Positions 40,288-51,454 of a stretch of 64,000 bases of DNA are shown here, in pieces. The stretch lies in assembly GCA_038496445.1 (NCBI GenBank), contig JALMLS010000303.1, positions 40,722-104,721 on the forward strand. The letters are read 5' to 3'. The stretch is from Trichosphaerium sp. ATCC 40318. Taxonomy: Eukaryota; Protista; Tubulinea. A program made the translations under genes and the position numbers. The notes under the pieces are model-generated. The model had not been told where the DNA came from and did no database searches. It was given only the letters and a program-made list of their open reading frames with translations. Each line of letters starts with the position of its first letter. Positions within the stretch are counted from its first letter, which is position 1.

Positions 40288-40716
40288 TGTAGGTTTGCGT
40301 TAAAGAAACAATGTCTAACTTAGATTAGTTTAAGCCAGTTCTCGGAAGAGTTTACCCGTTACTCCGTGTACTAAGGAACACAGTTGTTTGAGGTTAGTAC
40401 CACTGATTAAAAGCACAAAATGGTACTCTTGAAGCAATATAAGACATACAGTCATGGCAGTTGGAGATGAAAAGTAATTAATAGTTTGTTACTGTTAACA
40501 GAATGGTAAGTTTCTAAAACACGCGATTGTGAAAAGTACGCTGCCAATGGTCTAAAATCAGAACTTTCAACTTTATTTTTTGCTTGCCTTTTTTTTGAAC
40601 ACAAGTTTCAGACAGACCAACTTAGTAAAAAAAGCCTGTTTCTCTGACTGTCAGTCTTTTAACTTCACTTGCCACAGTCGGTTAACATCTCCGTATTTCT
40701 TTTGTGAGCATAGAAA

Positions 40717-40974
40717 ATGTTCTTAGATTGTCTCACATTAAGTGCCAGCTTGAGAATAAACTTCTTTCATGAGCACCATATTATTGATTTATCTAGTACA
40801 GAAGTAACTGATGATGGTTTGAACGCGTTGGCAGGTGTACACACTATCACCTTGAACTTTTGTACAATGATAACAGATTCAGGTATCAACGCGTTGGCTG
40901 GTGTTCATGAGATTAGTTTGCTATCTCTGACAATAACAAAAGAACTATTAAACGCAATTTCAGGCATACTATGA
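40717..40974 (+). pseudogene. Orphan LRR modules (B-type then A-type) of the F-box-LRR family, no F-box
   Basis: IDLSSTEVTDDGLNALAGVHTITLNFCTMITDSGINALAGVHEISL; keeps the ttggcaggtgtacac junction. Confidence 0.7.
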
Positions 40975-41689
40975 ATTTGCACTGCTGGGAATTGGCAGAT
41001 GACGAAACTGTCAAGGCATTGACTAATGCTATTACGATAAATAGATACTAGCTCACAGCTTTGTTGTGGGATGAAGACCGTCAAACCCATAAATACAACG
41101 CTAGTAAACGGAAGATCTCCCATAGTTCAGATTCTAAGTTTCTTCCTTTTAAAAGTTCTCATCTGTGTGGTGTAAAGGCTAGCATATCATCATTCGTACT
41201 TTGAAGATTCCAGTTCGCTGGATAGATGACACTCATGCTTATGGTGTAGTGGTAGCACTCAAACAGACGATGCTATGAAGCTAGAGCTTGATCTCATAAT
41301 TCTACAGTTAACCCTGAGATTCAATTTGTAGGCTATGACTCAATCACCTTCTTTTGTAAGAAAAAATTGAGAAAGCCATGCAATCCCATCTGATCTTGCC
41401 GTCTATAGCCTGTCAAACGCCCACCCTCTATGTGACTGCTGAAAACATTGAAAAAGTGCGGCTCTACCTTCAACTGCAGTGCCAAAACCTTTAAAGCACA
41501 CTATTGTACTGAAGTGTTGCACATGTGGCTTATTTTGCTCAAACGTTTTCAAAATACGGTTGTTTTTATTTTGTTTTTGACCATACAGCACATTGATGCT
41601 CCAGCTCTGACACATCAAACTTTAGGTTACACAAACATCATCAAAATTAATAGGTAGCTTCAAAAAATCAATATACCTTTTGCGTCATG

Positions 41690-41898
41690 TCCTTTATGTA
41701 CCTTCCAATCTACCATTAGCATAGTAGCAAAGGTGTTGTAATTTGTCCATTGTTAAACCTTTGCCTGCACTCTCCATTATCCTTACCATCCAGATAATTT
41801 GTATGTAAAACCAATTGCCATGCTTTATTCCACTGTTTAAACTCTCCTTCTATGTCACCATTGACGTAATAACACTGTTTAATCAATTGACTTTCCAT
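41690..41898 (-). pseudogene. MORN-variant repeat gene fragment
   Basis: QLIKQCYYVNGDIEGEFKQWNKAWQL..YLDGKDNGEC..FNNGQ; frameshifted, no N-terminus. Confidence 0.7.
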
Positions 41899-41899
41899 A

Positions 41900-42230
41900 G
41901 TGATAGATGATCAATTAGTTACAGATAAAGTACTAGTAAATATACTGACGTGTCAGAAGGCATTAGCGCTCGCTGTAGTTTATAAAATAAACCTCTCTGA
42001 AACAGATGAGACCAGCGAAGGTCTTAAACCGCTTGCTGTCGTTCGTACCATTGACTTCGGTTTGACTAGTTTAACAAACTAAGGGTTGAAAGCACATGCT
42101 GGAGTTCATACCATTTGCCAAAGTCAGTGCTACAATGTGACAATGAAGGCTTGAAAGCGTTCACGCAATTGATTTTGAATCATGTTGAAAAAGATACACC
42201 CTATCTCTTACCTATGCAAGCATTGAAACA
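41900..42230 (+). pseudogene. Degenerate LRR modules
   Basis: LAVVYKINLSETDETSEGLKPLAVVRTIDFGLTSLTN*GLKAHAGVHTI with stops and frameshifts. Confidence 0.65.
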
Positions 42231-42804
42231 GGTGTAAGAGGATACCACAGTGAAGTTTTACCTGAACTTTTTTTTTATTGTTTAAAGGCTACAAGTTTAG
42301 AAAGGCACGTGAAAGAGACCAAAATACTGAAAAAAGAATTATTGGGTGGTGTATACATTGTACAGCTTTGTCTATGTGTTTCCGTTGTGCCCAAGCGTAG
42401 TAATCTCACATAGCTGATATTTAATGTTATTTTGTTCGACGAAAGAGAAACTGAGCTAGTCCGCGGGTGATATGAAGATTCGGTTAGGCAAATAAGAGAG
42501 TTGCTACAAAGTGGCTTGAAACTCAAACTACCTGTGAAGTAACAATAGTTAACAGCTTCATGAGTTAGGTCAAACGTGATTATTTGCGTGAGATTTCAGT
42601 TAATTGTTTTTTCGGGATTACACGTGCTATTTCCACAGCAAACATGTGAAGCAAGGTTATAGCAATCTTACTAGCAAATTGTTGGTTCGTGTTTTTTAGA
42701 GATTGTGAGCTTTTTAGCATTCGAGAATTATCGGGAAAATCAACCACGTTGTTTGTACACACGTGACCGGAGTAGACGTGTTAGATTACGAGATAATACT
42801 TACA

Positions 42805-44022
42805 ATGCACTTCACCTTGGTTGTCGTTGTAATCGCCATTGTTTGCATAGCTACAGAAGGACAATCTATTGTCAATCCAGCCATTGTAGACAACTTTTTG
42901 GCTGACTCAAGTTCAATAGCTACCGGAGGTAACCCAGGACCTCTTGATATTGTAGCACATCCTCTGAGTGAGGTTCGATCGCTACAAGCTGCAGTGACTA
43001 CGGGAGGTTCAGCAACAACAGTTACTTGTACTATTGCGAATGGTATGTTTGTTGGCACTGCCTCTGGTGGAGATGGTACATGCGAGATAAAATGGGGTGT
43101 AGATGGAATAATAGATCCAATGCTTGACACATCAAGTTTCGGAAGACAGTGTAAGTTGTGTAGAACATTGTTCCTTTTACTGACTTCCCATACTAGTTTG
43201 CGTTCTTGTTAGACAATTTACTCCCTTAGGAGAATTCATATGGAGGACAGGGGGTTTCCCAAACTTGAAACGAATTGCAGATGAAGCTGTTTTTATTGAA
43301 ACAAACATCAACTCAACAGATGAATATAGTCTCCCTGATATGCGTAGAAATGTTGATCATACCGTTGGTAACACAAGATGTATTGCTATACAAGTCAATA
43401 CTGTGTTTATTTTTGAGTTTTTAATCAATATTAACGATGGACAGACGATTAGCTTTTATCAATTATGCCTCTCTAACAGGATGCTTTGTGAACATGAGTT
43501 CACAGTCAATGGCGTGCCTGTAACATCAGACGGTGTAGAATCAGGTAGTCATACTATTGTTTTGTCGTATTTTAAATATTAAAATAGGAACACGTGTTAC
43601 TGTAACGTTAACTTGTCGTCTTACTGCGAAAACCTCAATCCTTGGTAATGTTCAGTTTGCGATACCTCCAGCTGTTGGAATAGTTGACAACGCATCTAAA
43701 AATTGTCCAATGGGTGTACGAGCATTTCTATCATTGCTTTTCTTCTAATCAATATAAGACCATCAATCCAAATACACAAAATGGTTTTGAAGTCGATTTT
43801 ACTCTTATTGGTGGACCTATTGAATGTTCATTCGACTTTGTAGCAAACCGTATGTTGCTGTACAACCAGACTTTTATAACGGAAATTCTAGTTCAGGGTG
43901 GAACCAGTCAAACAACAGAACTGAGTGCTATTATCAATGACAGGCGCGGATCTGTACCTTCTGGAACTAAGCCACAGTATGTTATAAAATTACAGCAACG
44001 ATTTCCTAATAGCATACAATAG
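42805..44022 (+). CDS. Putative secreted beta-rich protein (may be disrupted or two fused fragments)
   Basis: Signal peptide MHFTLVVVVIAIVCIA; several coding-like ORFs, but I could not join them cleanly in frame after 43150. Confidence 0.4.
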
Positions 44023-44239
44023 AGGAATATGTGAACCGCCTCAACCAATGAAGTTTACAGTGATTTGTCCAAAAACTAATGTTGATAGCGAAGCACGTAT
44101 TCAATTGCTTTCAAGATAGGAGAAGAAAAAAGCCTTGAACCTTATTAATGAATGTGGTCCGCTGGCCATAACCTACCAGTAATATAGCAAATGTTTTTAG
44201 CATGATAATAAAGTGAATACTTAAAGATTAATATTAATA

Positions 44240-47200
44240 AATTAATACAATATGTTGGCTGTTTATTTTTTTCTTCCATTTCAAACGTAGAATACAAGTC
44301 TCTAATACAGCTTTCTAGGTACTACTATCAACGGTTCAACTCTGCTAGACTTTATCTTTTGCTGTTGAACTCCGTCTAACTCGGTCTTGTTGACTGTGTA
44401 GCATGTGTTTGGCATTGTCAAAAATATACTGCTTACCAGGCTATTTTTAGCTGTAGAAAAAAAGCAAGTTGCTTACTTGTCCAAAGTACGATGCAGTTTT
44501 ACTGTACAATCAAGAGAAGATTTCATATACTTAGTACTGTGTCATGCTCCTGGTTTTGTGGTATCATCATGCGCTTATCTACAGAAGGTCCAAGTCCCTC
44601 TCTTAAGTCACGCGTTGCTTTAAAAAGTTGTGGATTTTCAATTTTCTGCGCTTCATCTCTTGTTGGTACGCTAACTAGTGGTTTTGTACCCTCAGGTACA
44701 TAGAGATCTAAATCTGGTCTATAATACATAAGTGTTGCTGCCAGGGTATCTGAATCGTTAAAATCCCACCAGTACGGAATTGGTACAACAGATATACCTA
44801 TCAAAAAAAAGTTAAAAAGTGAATCAAACGAACAAAAGTTGAGTTCTACTACAACTTCGTGCTCCCTATTGGTAAAGCATACAAAAACCATATAAAAAGA
44901 ACATGTATACTGGGATTATTGAATGAATAATGGGTGAAGGGTAATGGTGAACAAGCCAAGAAGAAAAAATTTGCAAGTCGAAAAAAATTAGTACCATAAT
45001 ATGCACATTGTTGTATTCTTTCAAGATCCTTGGCCTTTTGATAAAGTACATGTCCAAACGCATCATTATCAGCAAAGTGTTGAGTACCTTGATACTCAAT
45101 AGCAAGTCTTAATTTAGGGATAAACACATCCAAAACAACTTCTTTCGAAGTTGAGTCCATATCAAAACCAACAGAAAACTCTTCACATATTTCATAATCT
45201 GGAAAGAACCCTCTAAGTGAAGTAGCCATAGACCTATATAAAAATAAATAAATCAACCTCATCAATAGAAAATTTTGCCTCCTCTCAAAGCAAGTGTCCG
45301 ACATAGTGTAATATTCATAGTTTGTTCAGGGTTTTTTCTCTCGAGAAAAAAAAGAGAAAATACGGTAAAACAACTTTCGAACCTTTGCATTGCTCTCTTG
45401 TCACGTTGACGGAATATACTAAGGTTCCATCTTACAGATGGATAAACCTTTAAAAGTGCATGTGGCCAATTTAATTGCAAAAACCGAGAGGCAGCACCTA
45501 TAGATGCCATCTGGAGTTGGCTTACTCTGTACCAATCTTCAGGAACTTTTATATTTAACTTAGGCTCAAGGTTTTTCATTGTAGATTTGATTACAGCTTC
45601 ATCCTTCCAGTAATTTTGTGGTGCACTCCCTACAAATTAAGTCAGAGTTAAGCACATGCAAGACCAAACAAAACAGTCTAGTAGGCAGGAAGATTTTAAC
45701 GAACAAAAAACCCCAAAAAGAAAGAACAACATACGAAACTTTGTTGGTATCCATTTGTATTCCGGATAAACCTTATGCAGGAATCCTTGCAACGAACCAC
45801 CATATCTAGAATAGTCATTAGAATATATTCTACTGTTAATGAAATGGTATTACATACTTATCAAGTAATCCATTTCCTCCAAAGTCTCTAATATCTTTCA
45901 CCGTTCGTTTATACCAATCTTCAAGTTTTAAGCAATTATGCTCACTCTCAAACTATTACGCATTAGATATTCTATTAATATGTGATAGAGTGGCTAAAAT
46001 TTACGTACGCTTCTGATAAACTGATACACATTATGAGATGAAGCGAAAAACATTCGTTTTGTTTTATCTAAGATAAAAATAAGAATGTTTCTTTTCAAAC
46101 GCTTTTTGTCATTAAATCACGTGTTCAAAAGTGAAATTCTACGTACGAAATTTCCATCCAACAAACTCATATTCAGGGTATAAATATCGAACCATAACAG
46201 AAACAGACTCGTTAAAATAGCTGAAAACAGTCAATTTAGTATCAAGGAAACATAAATTAGTTAGTTTGATTACCTATTTAATAACCCTCCTCCTCCCAAT
46301 CTGTGTATTTGTACACCTGTAACTTTATACCAACCTTGTATCTCAGTTATATTCATCTTTTTCTCAACAAAGCGAGCAAAAGACTCAATATTTTCTTCAT
46401 CCTGCCAATAATCACGTGAAACAGAGCCTAAAAAAATCTTAACAATAATAACAACAGGATGAGCTTAGAGTGATTAAAATGGAATGCTAAGTGCGTACTA
46501 AAAAGCCAAGGATGCCATTCATAGGTGTCATAAGACCATCTCAGCATCTTAGCCATTGAATCGTTAAACTTTCTGCAAGCAAAAAAGTTACATACAATAA
46601 AAACAACAAAGCAATTCATACGTTCTAAGTAACCCTGCTCCTCCGATTGCAACAATATCTGATCTCATTATACCATACCAATCCTTAAGCTCTTTTATAT
46701 TGTATTGGGCCTCAGCCTTGTCGGAGAATTAGATAAACGTACAACTTGTGTTTTCTTACATAGCGCAAAAAAGAGCAAATATGATTCCAAGTCCACATAG
46801 CAGTGCGCTAGTCTTGTAATTTAGTGAATTTAATAAACAACCTAATAAGGTATTGTACGTTAGAAAACTTCCAAGGATCCCAATCTACATCAGGATATAT
46901 ATGTCCAAGTATTGCGTTAACAGAACCGCCATTCAATCTAATACAACACATTAAACTCCTCATAAGTGTTGAAGTACTCACCTTAACAGCTGTCTACCAC
47001 CCAAGTAAGTAATGTGATCACGGCTTATATGCATCCAATCACTTATACTTGAAATGCCATAGTAGTGCTCGACCTATGCATTTTTAAGAAGCCAACTGCC
47101 GAAGATTTGCTAAGCACTTACCTCTTTAATAAATAGATTGTGAAGGCTTGGTCGCGGCCAGAAGAACAAATATAAAAACTGAGATCCTTTCCATTTGTAG

Positions 47201-47805
47201 TCTGCGTATACGTGCTGAAGCATAGACCGTATAGTGGTGTAATGCTTACTAAAAGATTGAAAAAAAGTAAGATTTTTGTTTGCAATGTATGTAGAACAAA
47301 AAACCTCAACCGTTTCGACTTACAGCACTGGTACAAGCATCCCAATACTTGCAATATCTTCATAAGATATGTTATACCAATCTTTTAAGCCTTTAACATT
47401 CAATAAACGCTCAACCTGGTTAAAGAAAGTGAGAACTTTTCTGTTTTTTTTTGAAAATCCGTGTTGCTCACCTTGACAATGAAATCACGTGTTGGTATTG
47501 GCACTGTATGTTTCAGCAATCTTTCAACTTCCTCTGATGGAATATCGTCGATAATAGGTTGTAATGGTTTTTGGCTTTGACGTGTTCTATAATTTCGCGT
47601 AGCTACGGTATTATGTACCTATTGATCGTATGAATACGCTTGTTGTTTACGTTGTAAAGTTATTTGTTATCTGGTCAGCTTTTGCTTATTAATTGTAATG
47701 TTGTACCTTGTGTGGGCATTTTTGCGCTATTATAGCGTAATTCGATAGTTTTGAGCGCTTTGAGCTTCGAAACACCTTGTTCCATTTCTGCAATACTGAA
47801 GCCAT
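44240..47805 (-). CDS. Tandem 'DWY' repeat protein (6 repeats) with C-terminal PD-(D/E)XK/RAP-like nuclease domain, copy A
   Basis: Repeats KDWYNIS, SDWMHIS, KDWYGIM, QGWYKVT, EDWYKRT, EDWYRVS, mostly followed by GG..LL..YP..W..F; LDVFIPKLRLAIEYQGTQH..D.ER..C..GISVVPIPYWW; basic N-terminus. 3' end approximate. Confidence 0.8.
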
Positions 47806-47908
47806 ATATTAGAGTCCTGTTGGCGTGTTAGGTTCCAATATTGACGCGTTTTGAACTAAATTGACTTGTTGAAGCACTCGTACAGCGTTTAAATTGTTCT
47901 ACAACGCA

Positions 47909-50742
47909 ATGGCACACATTGGTAGTTATTTCATGCATCTATGATAATAAATGTACAAACGGTTGACACAGCGGAGCAAAATTCAGCGTGGGCGTGTATA
48001 TTATTCCCTTAAACCAGAAAAGACGTATTGGCCAACAAAAAATGAATGTCGTTCATTTATTGCCAAGGTTTTGACATATCGTACATTAACACAACCTAAC
48101 AAGAGTAATCAAGGTTGAACCGCAACTATACATCGCAAAAAAGGAAGATTGGTACAAAATACGCAACAAAGATTTTATTACTGTTGGAGGGCTGAATATA
48201 TTGAGGTACAACGCGTATTGGCGCATATTAGCTGCGTTTGGCTTATGCCATAGTGAGAAAACACAAAATTTTTGAAGAGAAAAATTGTTCACGACTCTTG
48301 TCAATACTCATTGTATTTAGAAAATATGACTATTCTATATACTCCATGGTTTGTAATATTTATCCGTCGTTCAAATGGGTTGAATGGCATTTTGGTAAAC
48401 GTGATTTGGCATCATTTTTGTTTGACACATTGTGACACTTTACCATCATTTTAACTTTTTTTTTAACTCCAGATCACCCTTCTATTGGCTTCTGGGAATC
48501 GGAAAAAAATCACAAGCGATTTTTAGAATACGTATGATATAAATTAACAAAATACCACCCATAGATAACGCATAAAAGAACAAGATATGGATTTTTTTTC
48601 TTACAGGTTTTTTTTAAGGCAGCAAGAACACAAGGTATAAAAATATTAGATGATTGGTATAGTATTAAAAATATACATTTCTTAAAGATAGGCGGTTCTG
48701 AGCTTATAAAGTGCGTCAAAAAACGAACATACGACAAGAAAAATCTGGCTAACTTTTTGTTTATTGCATAGTATGTACACTCATTTGATATATCTTCTAA
48801 AGTTGCACTTTCCGTATCACAATTGGATTGCCTGGAAATTTGGTACGTATTATCTTTGTTGATATATACTGATGTGGGTGAAGATAGAGTACCAGATTCA
48901 TACTGGAGGAACAGGGAAACAATAGAAGAATTTATTCGTTGTGTATAACTTTTTTTTTCCAAAGTGTTTTTTTATGTCTTCAGTACAACTGACGGTATAT
49001 TAAGATGGAGAAAGATCTACATATATTGAATATAAGAGATTGGTATAAATATTCTCAAAGGAATTATATTGAGATGGGTGCCAGTGCATGTATATTAACG
49101 TACGTTTGTTCAACATTTTTACAGATTTTTTTTACAAAGATCCTTTTTTTGTTGCCATTCAAGTGGTTGATCTGTATTTTATAGAGTTTTTAATGGCTCT
49201 CCATATCAATTCATGAAATATATATATCCAGACTATGATTGGATACCCTGGAAGTTTGGTACGGTCATAAATTGTCATGTTTTTTATTCGTTTTTCCGGC
49301 TTGATTTTTTTTCAAAAAGAGTTTACATAGTGCGTAGATAGAGTACCCTCTAAATACTGGGGTATAAGAGAAAACGTTGTAGAATTTATAAAACATGTGC
49401 GTACTGCGAATTAAGCTTTTAAAGATTCTCCTTCAAAGGAGGATTCGAAGTTTATTTCAAACAAACAAATCAACTAATAAAACAAGGCTGAAGAAGAGCT
49501 TGGTATTAAAAAGTTATCTGATTGGTATTCCATCAGGATAAGGGAAGTACTACAACTTGGTTCTCGCGGATTACTGGAGTACGTGTCACGTCTATTAGGA
49601 AACTCAAACAAAGGTTCACAAAATTGAGCCCAGTTTTATTTCACTGAATAAGATCTGACTAATGCTGTTGTTTTTAAAGGATTCATGGAAACTCTCTAAA
49701 GCGTCTCATTGAATCAACATATCCAGATGACTCTTGGCCTAATTTTAGTACGTTACAGATGTAAAATTGCCAGATTCCATCAATAGATGGCGAGATTTCC
49801 TAAGTTGATTTGGCTTAACTTTTTCTGATTAAGAGCGAGTTTCTGATACCCCAGCTGGATACTGGTTGAAAAGAGAAAATATTGTTAGTTGTTTGGAAAG
49901 CGTTGAGCGCGCATACAACGTTAAAAGTCCAGAGGTAAGGGTTGGATTTCTTTGTTATGAGATTTTATCACGTTTTTCCAAAATATGAATACACCTTGCA
50001 CTTACTTCTCTTTGCACTCAGGACTGGTATAGAATATCATATGAACGTGTTTGTATGGTTGGGGGTAAAGGTATTCTTAACTACTGGCCTCAATGTCTTT
50101 TGACTATACATCCTGAACACAATTGGGATTTTTCCATTTTTACACACCGTGATCGAAAGGCTCTTCAAAGGCAAGACAGTTAGCGGTTATAAGTTGCTAA
50201 TATCACTAGAGAACTTTTGACTGCTACTAGAGTATTGTTCCCAAGAGGTGACGTATTAGAGGAGTATATTATTGGGACACAAAGAGAAGGGTCAGGTATT
50301 GAAGTCACTTTGGATGTGTTTATTCCAAGCATCAATCTGGCTCTTGAATACCATGGTAGACATCACTATGATGATTCACCGAGTATATTTGGTCCTACAA
50401 TGGTATGGCAAGCGCGTGATAGCGAAAAAAGATACACGTGCAAACTTATGGGTATGAAAAGAGTCTTCCCTTTTTCTCATTAATTTCTTTTTTTAAGGCA
50501 TTACATATGTTCCTATACCGTTTTCTTGGGATGGTACAGCTTCTAGCCTTGCTGCAACCATACATTACTATAGATCAGATTTGTATCTACCTTTAGCATC
50601 AAAAGGAAAGCCAGTGGTGTTACCTCAAGGAGATAAAGTCGAAGACCGTGAAAATCTTGAAATCAAAAAAACATTTATGGTTGCTGGATTGGTACCTGCT
50701 ACACCATCGCAATTGTGTACATTAAATGAAATACCATCTTAG
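47909..50742 (+). CDS. Tandem 'DWY' repeat protein (5 repeats) with C-terminal PD-(D/E)XK/RAP-like nuclease domain, copy B
   Basis: Repeats EDWYKIR, DDWYSIK, RDWYKYS, SDWYSIR, EDWYRIS; LDVFIPSINLALEYHGRHH..RDSEKRYTC..GITYVPIPFSW; GC-AG intron at 50171. Confidence 0.8.
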
Positions 50743-51454
50743 CAACGATTGTACAATAAGTTAAGTTCGGTGGCACTATTAATATTAACAGCTTCTGACG
50801 TAGGTTTTTACATGTGGCAGTTGTTATTAACTTGTTATCGCGTTTAGATGTTTATTGCAATATTCGCTTCACGGACATTGAATAGTTTGTTGACGTGCCA
50901 TAGATGGAGTTGTATCGCTTGCATGAGTTCATGAGAGACTTTTTTTTTTCAAAGCTTAACTCCTATTTCTAGTAAGCACGTGATAGTCCGCTACCACCCC
51001 CAAGGGATCCACTAGGTTGAGCCAATAGGATAGCTTGCATACTCTAGCGGTGTTACCTGCTCCCATCTCGAACAAGGTTTAGTGTTATCTCAAACTAAGA
51101 TATGACGTGTTTACAGGCGTTACGTTTTATTAAGCCACGGTTTCCACATGTTTGCGATTTTGCTATTTGCTTGCATACCTTGACTGGTGAAAGGATTCGC
51201 CGGACTATTAAAATAATATAGTAAAGCGGAACGCACGCCAGGTAGGGCAATGACTGGAACGCTTTTTAACAATTCAGCTTAAAGGGTACTACTTTTTTAT
51301 ACAGTCTGGTTTACTGATCATATCACAAGTACACCTAATGTTTGGCCAGTGATCCAGACCTGATATTACCATAGTACCTGAATGCTGAAGATGCACATGA
51401 TCAAACTACAACTATCGCTTTACATAATGTAGGTTGGTGAACACTTTCAGTGAT

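Noticed and set aside
41236-41300. tRNA-like A-box TGGTGTAGTGGTAGCAC
   Set aside because: No T-arm (GTTCRA) or acceptor-stem partner downstream.
50940-51270. GC-richer intergenic stretch as a possible snRNA or SINE
   Set aside because: No match to spliceosomal snRNA, SRP or RNase P/MRP motifs that I can recognise, and no TSD; an Infernal/Rfam scan would settle it.
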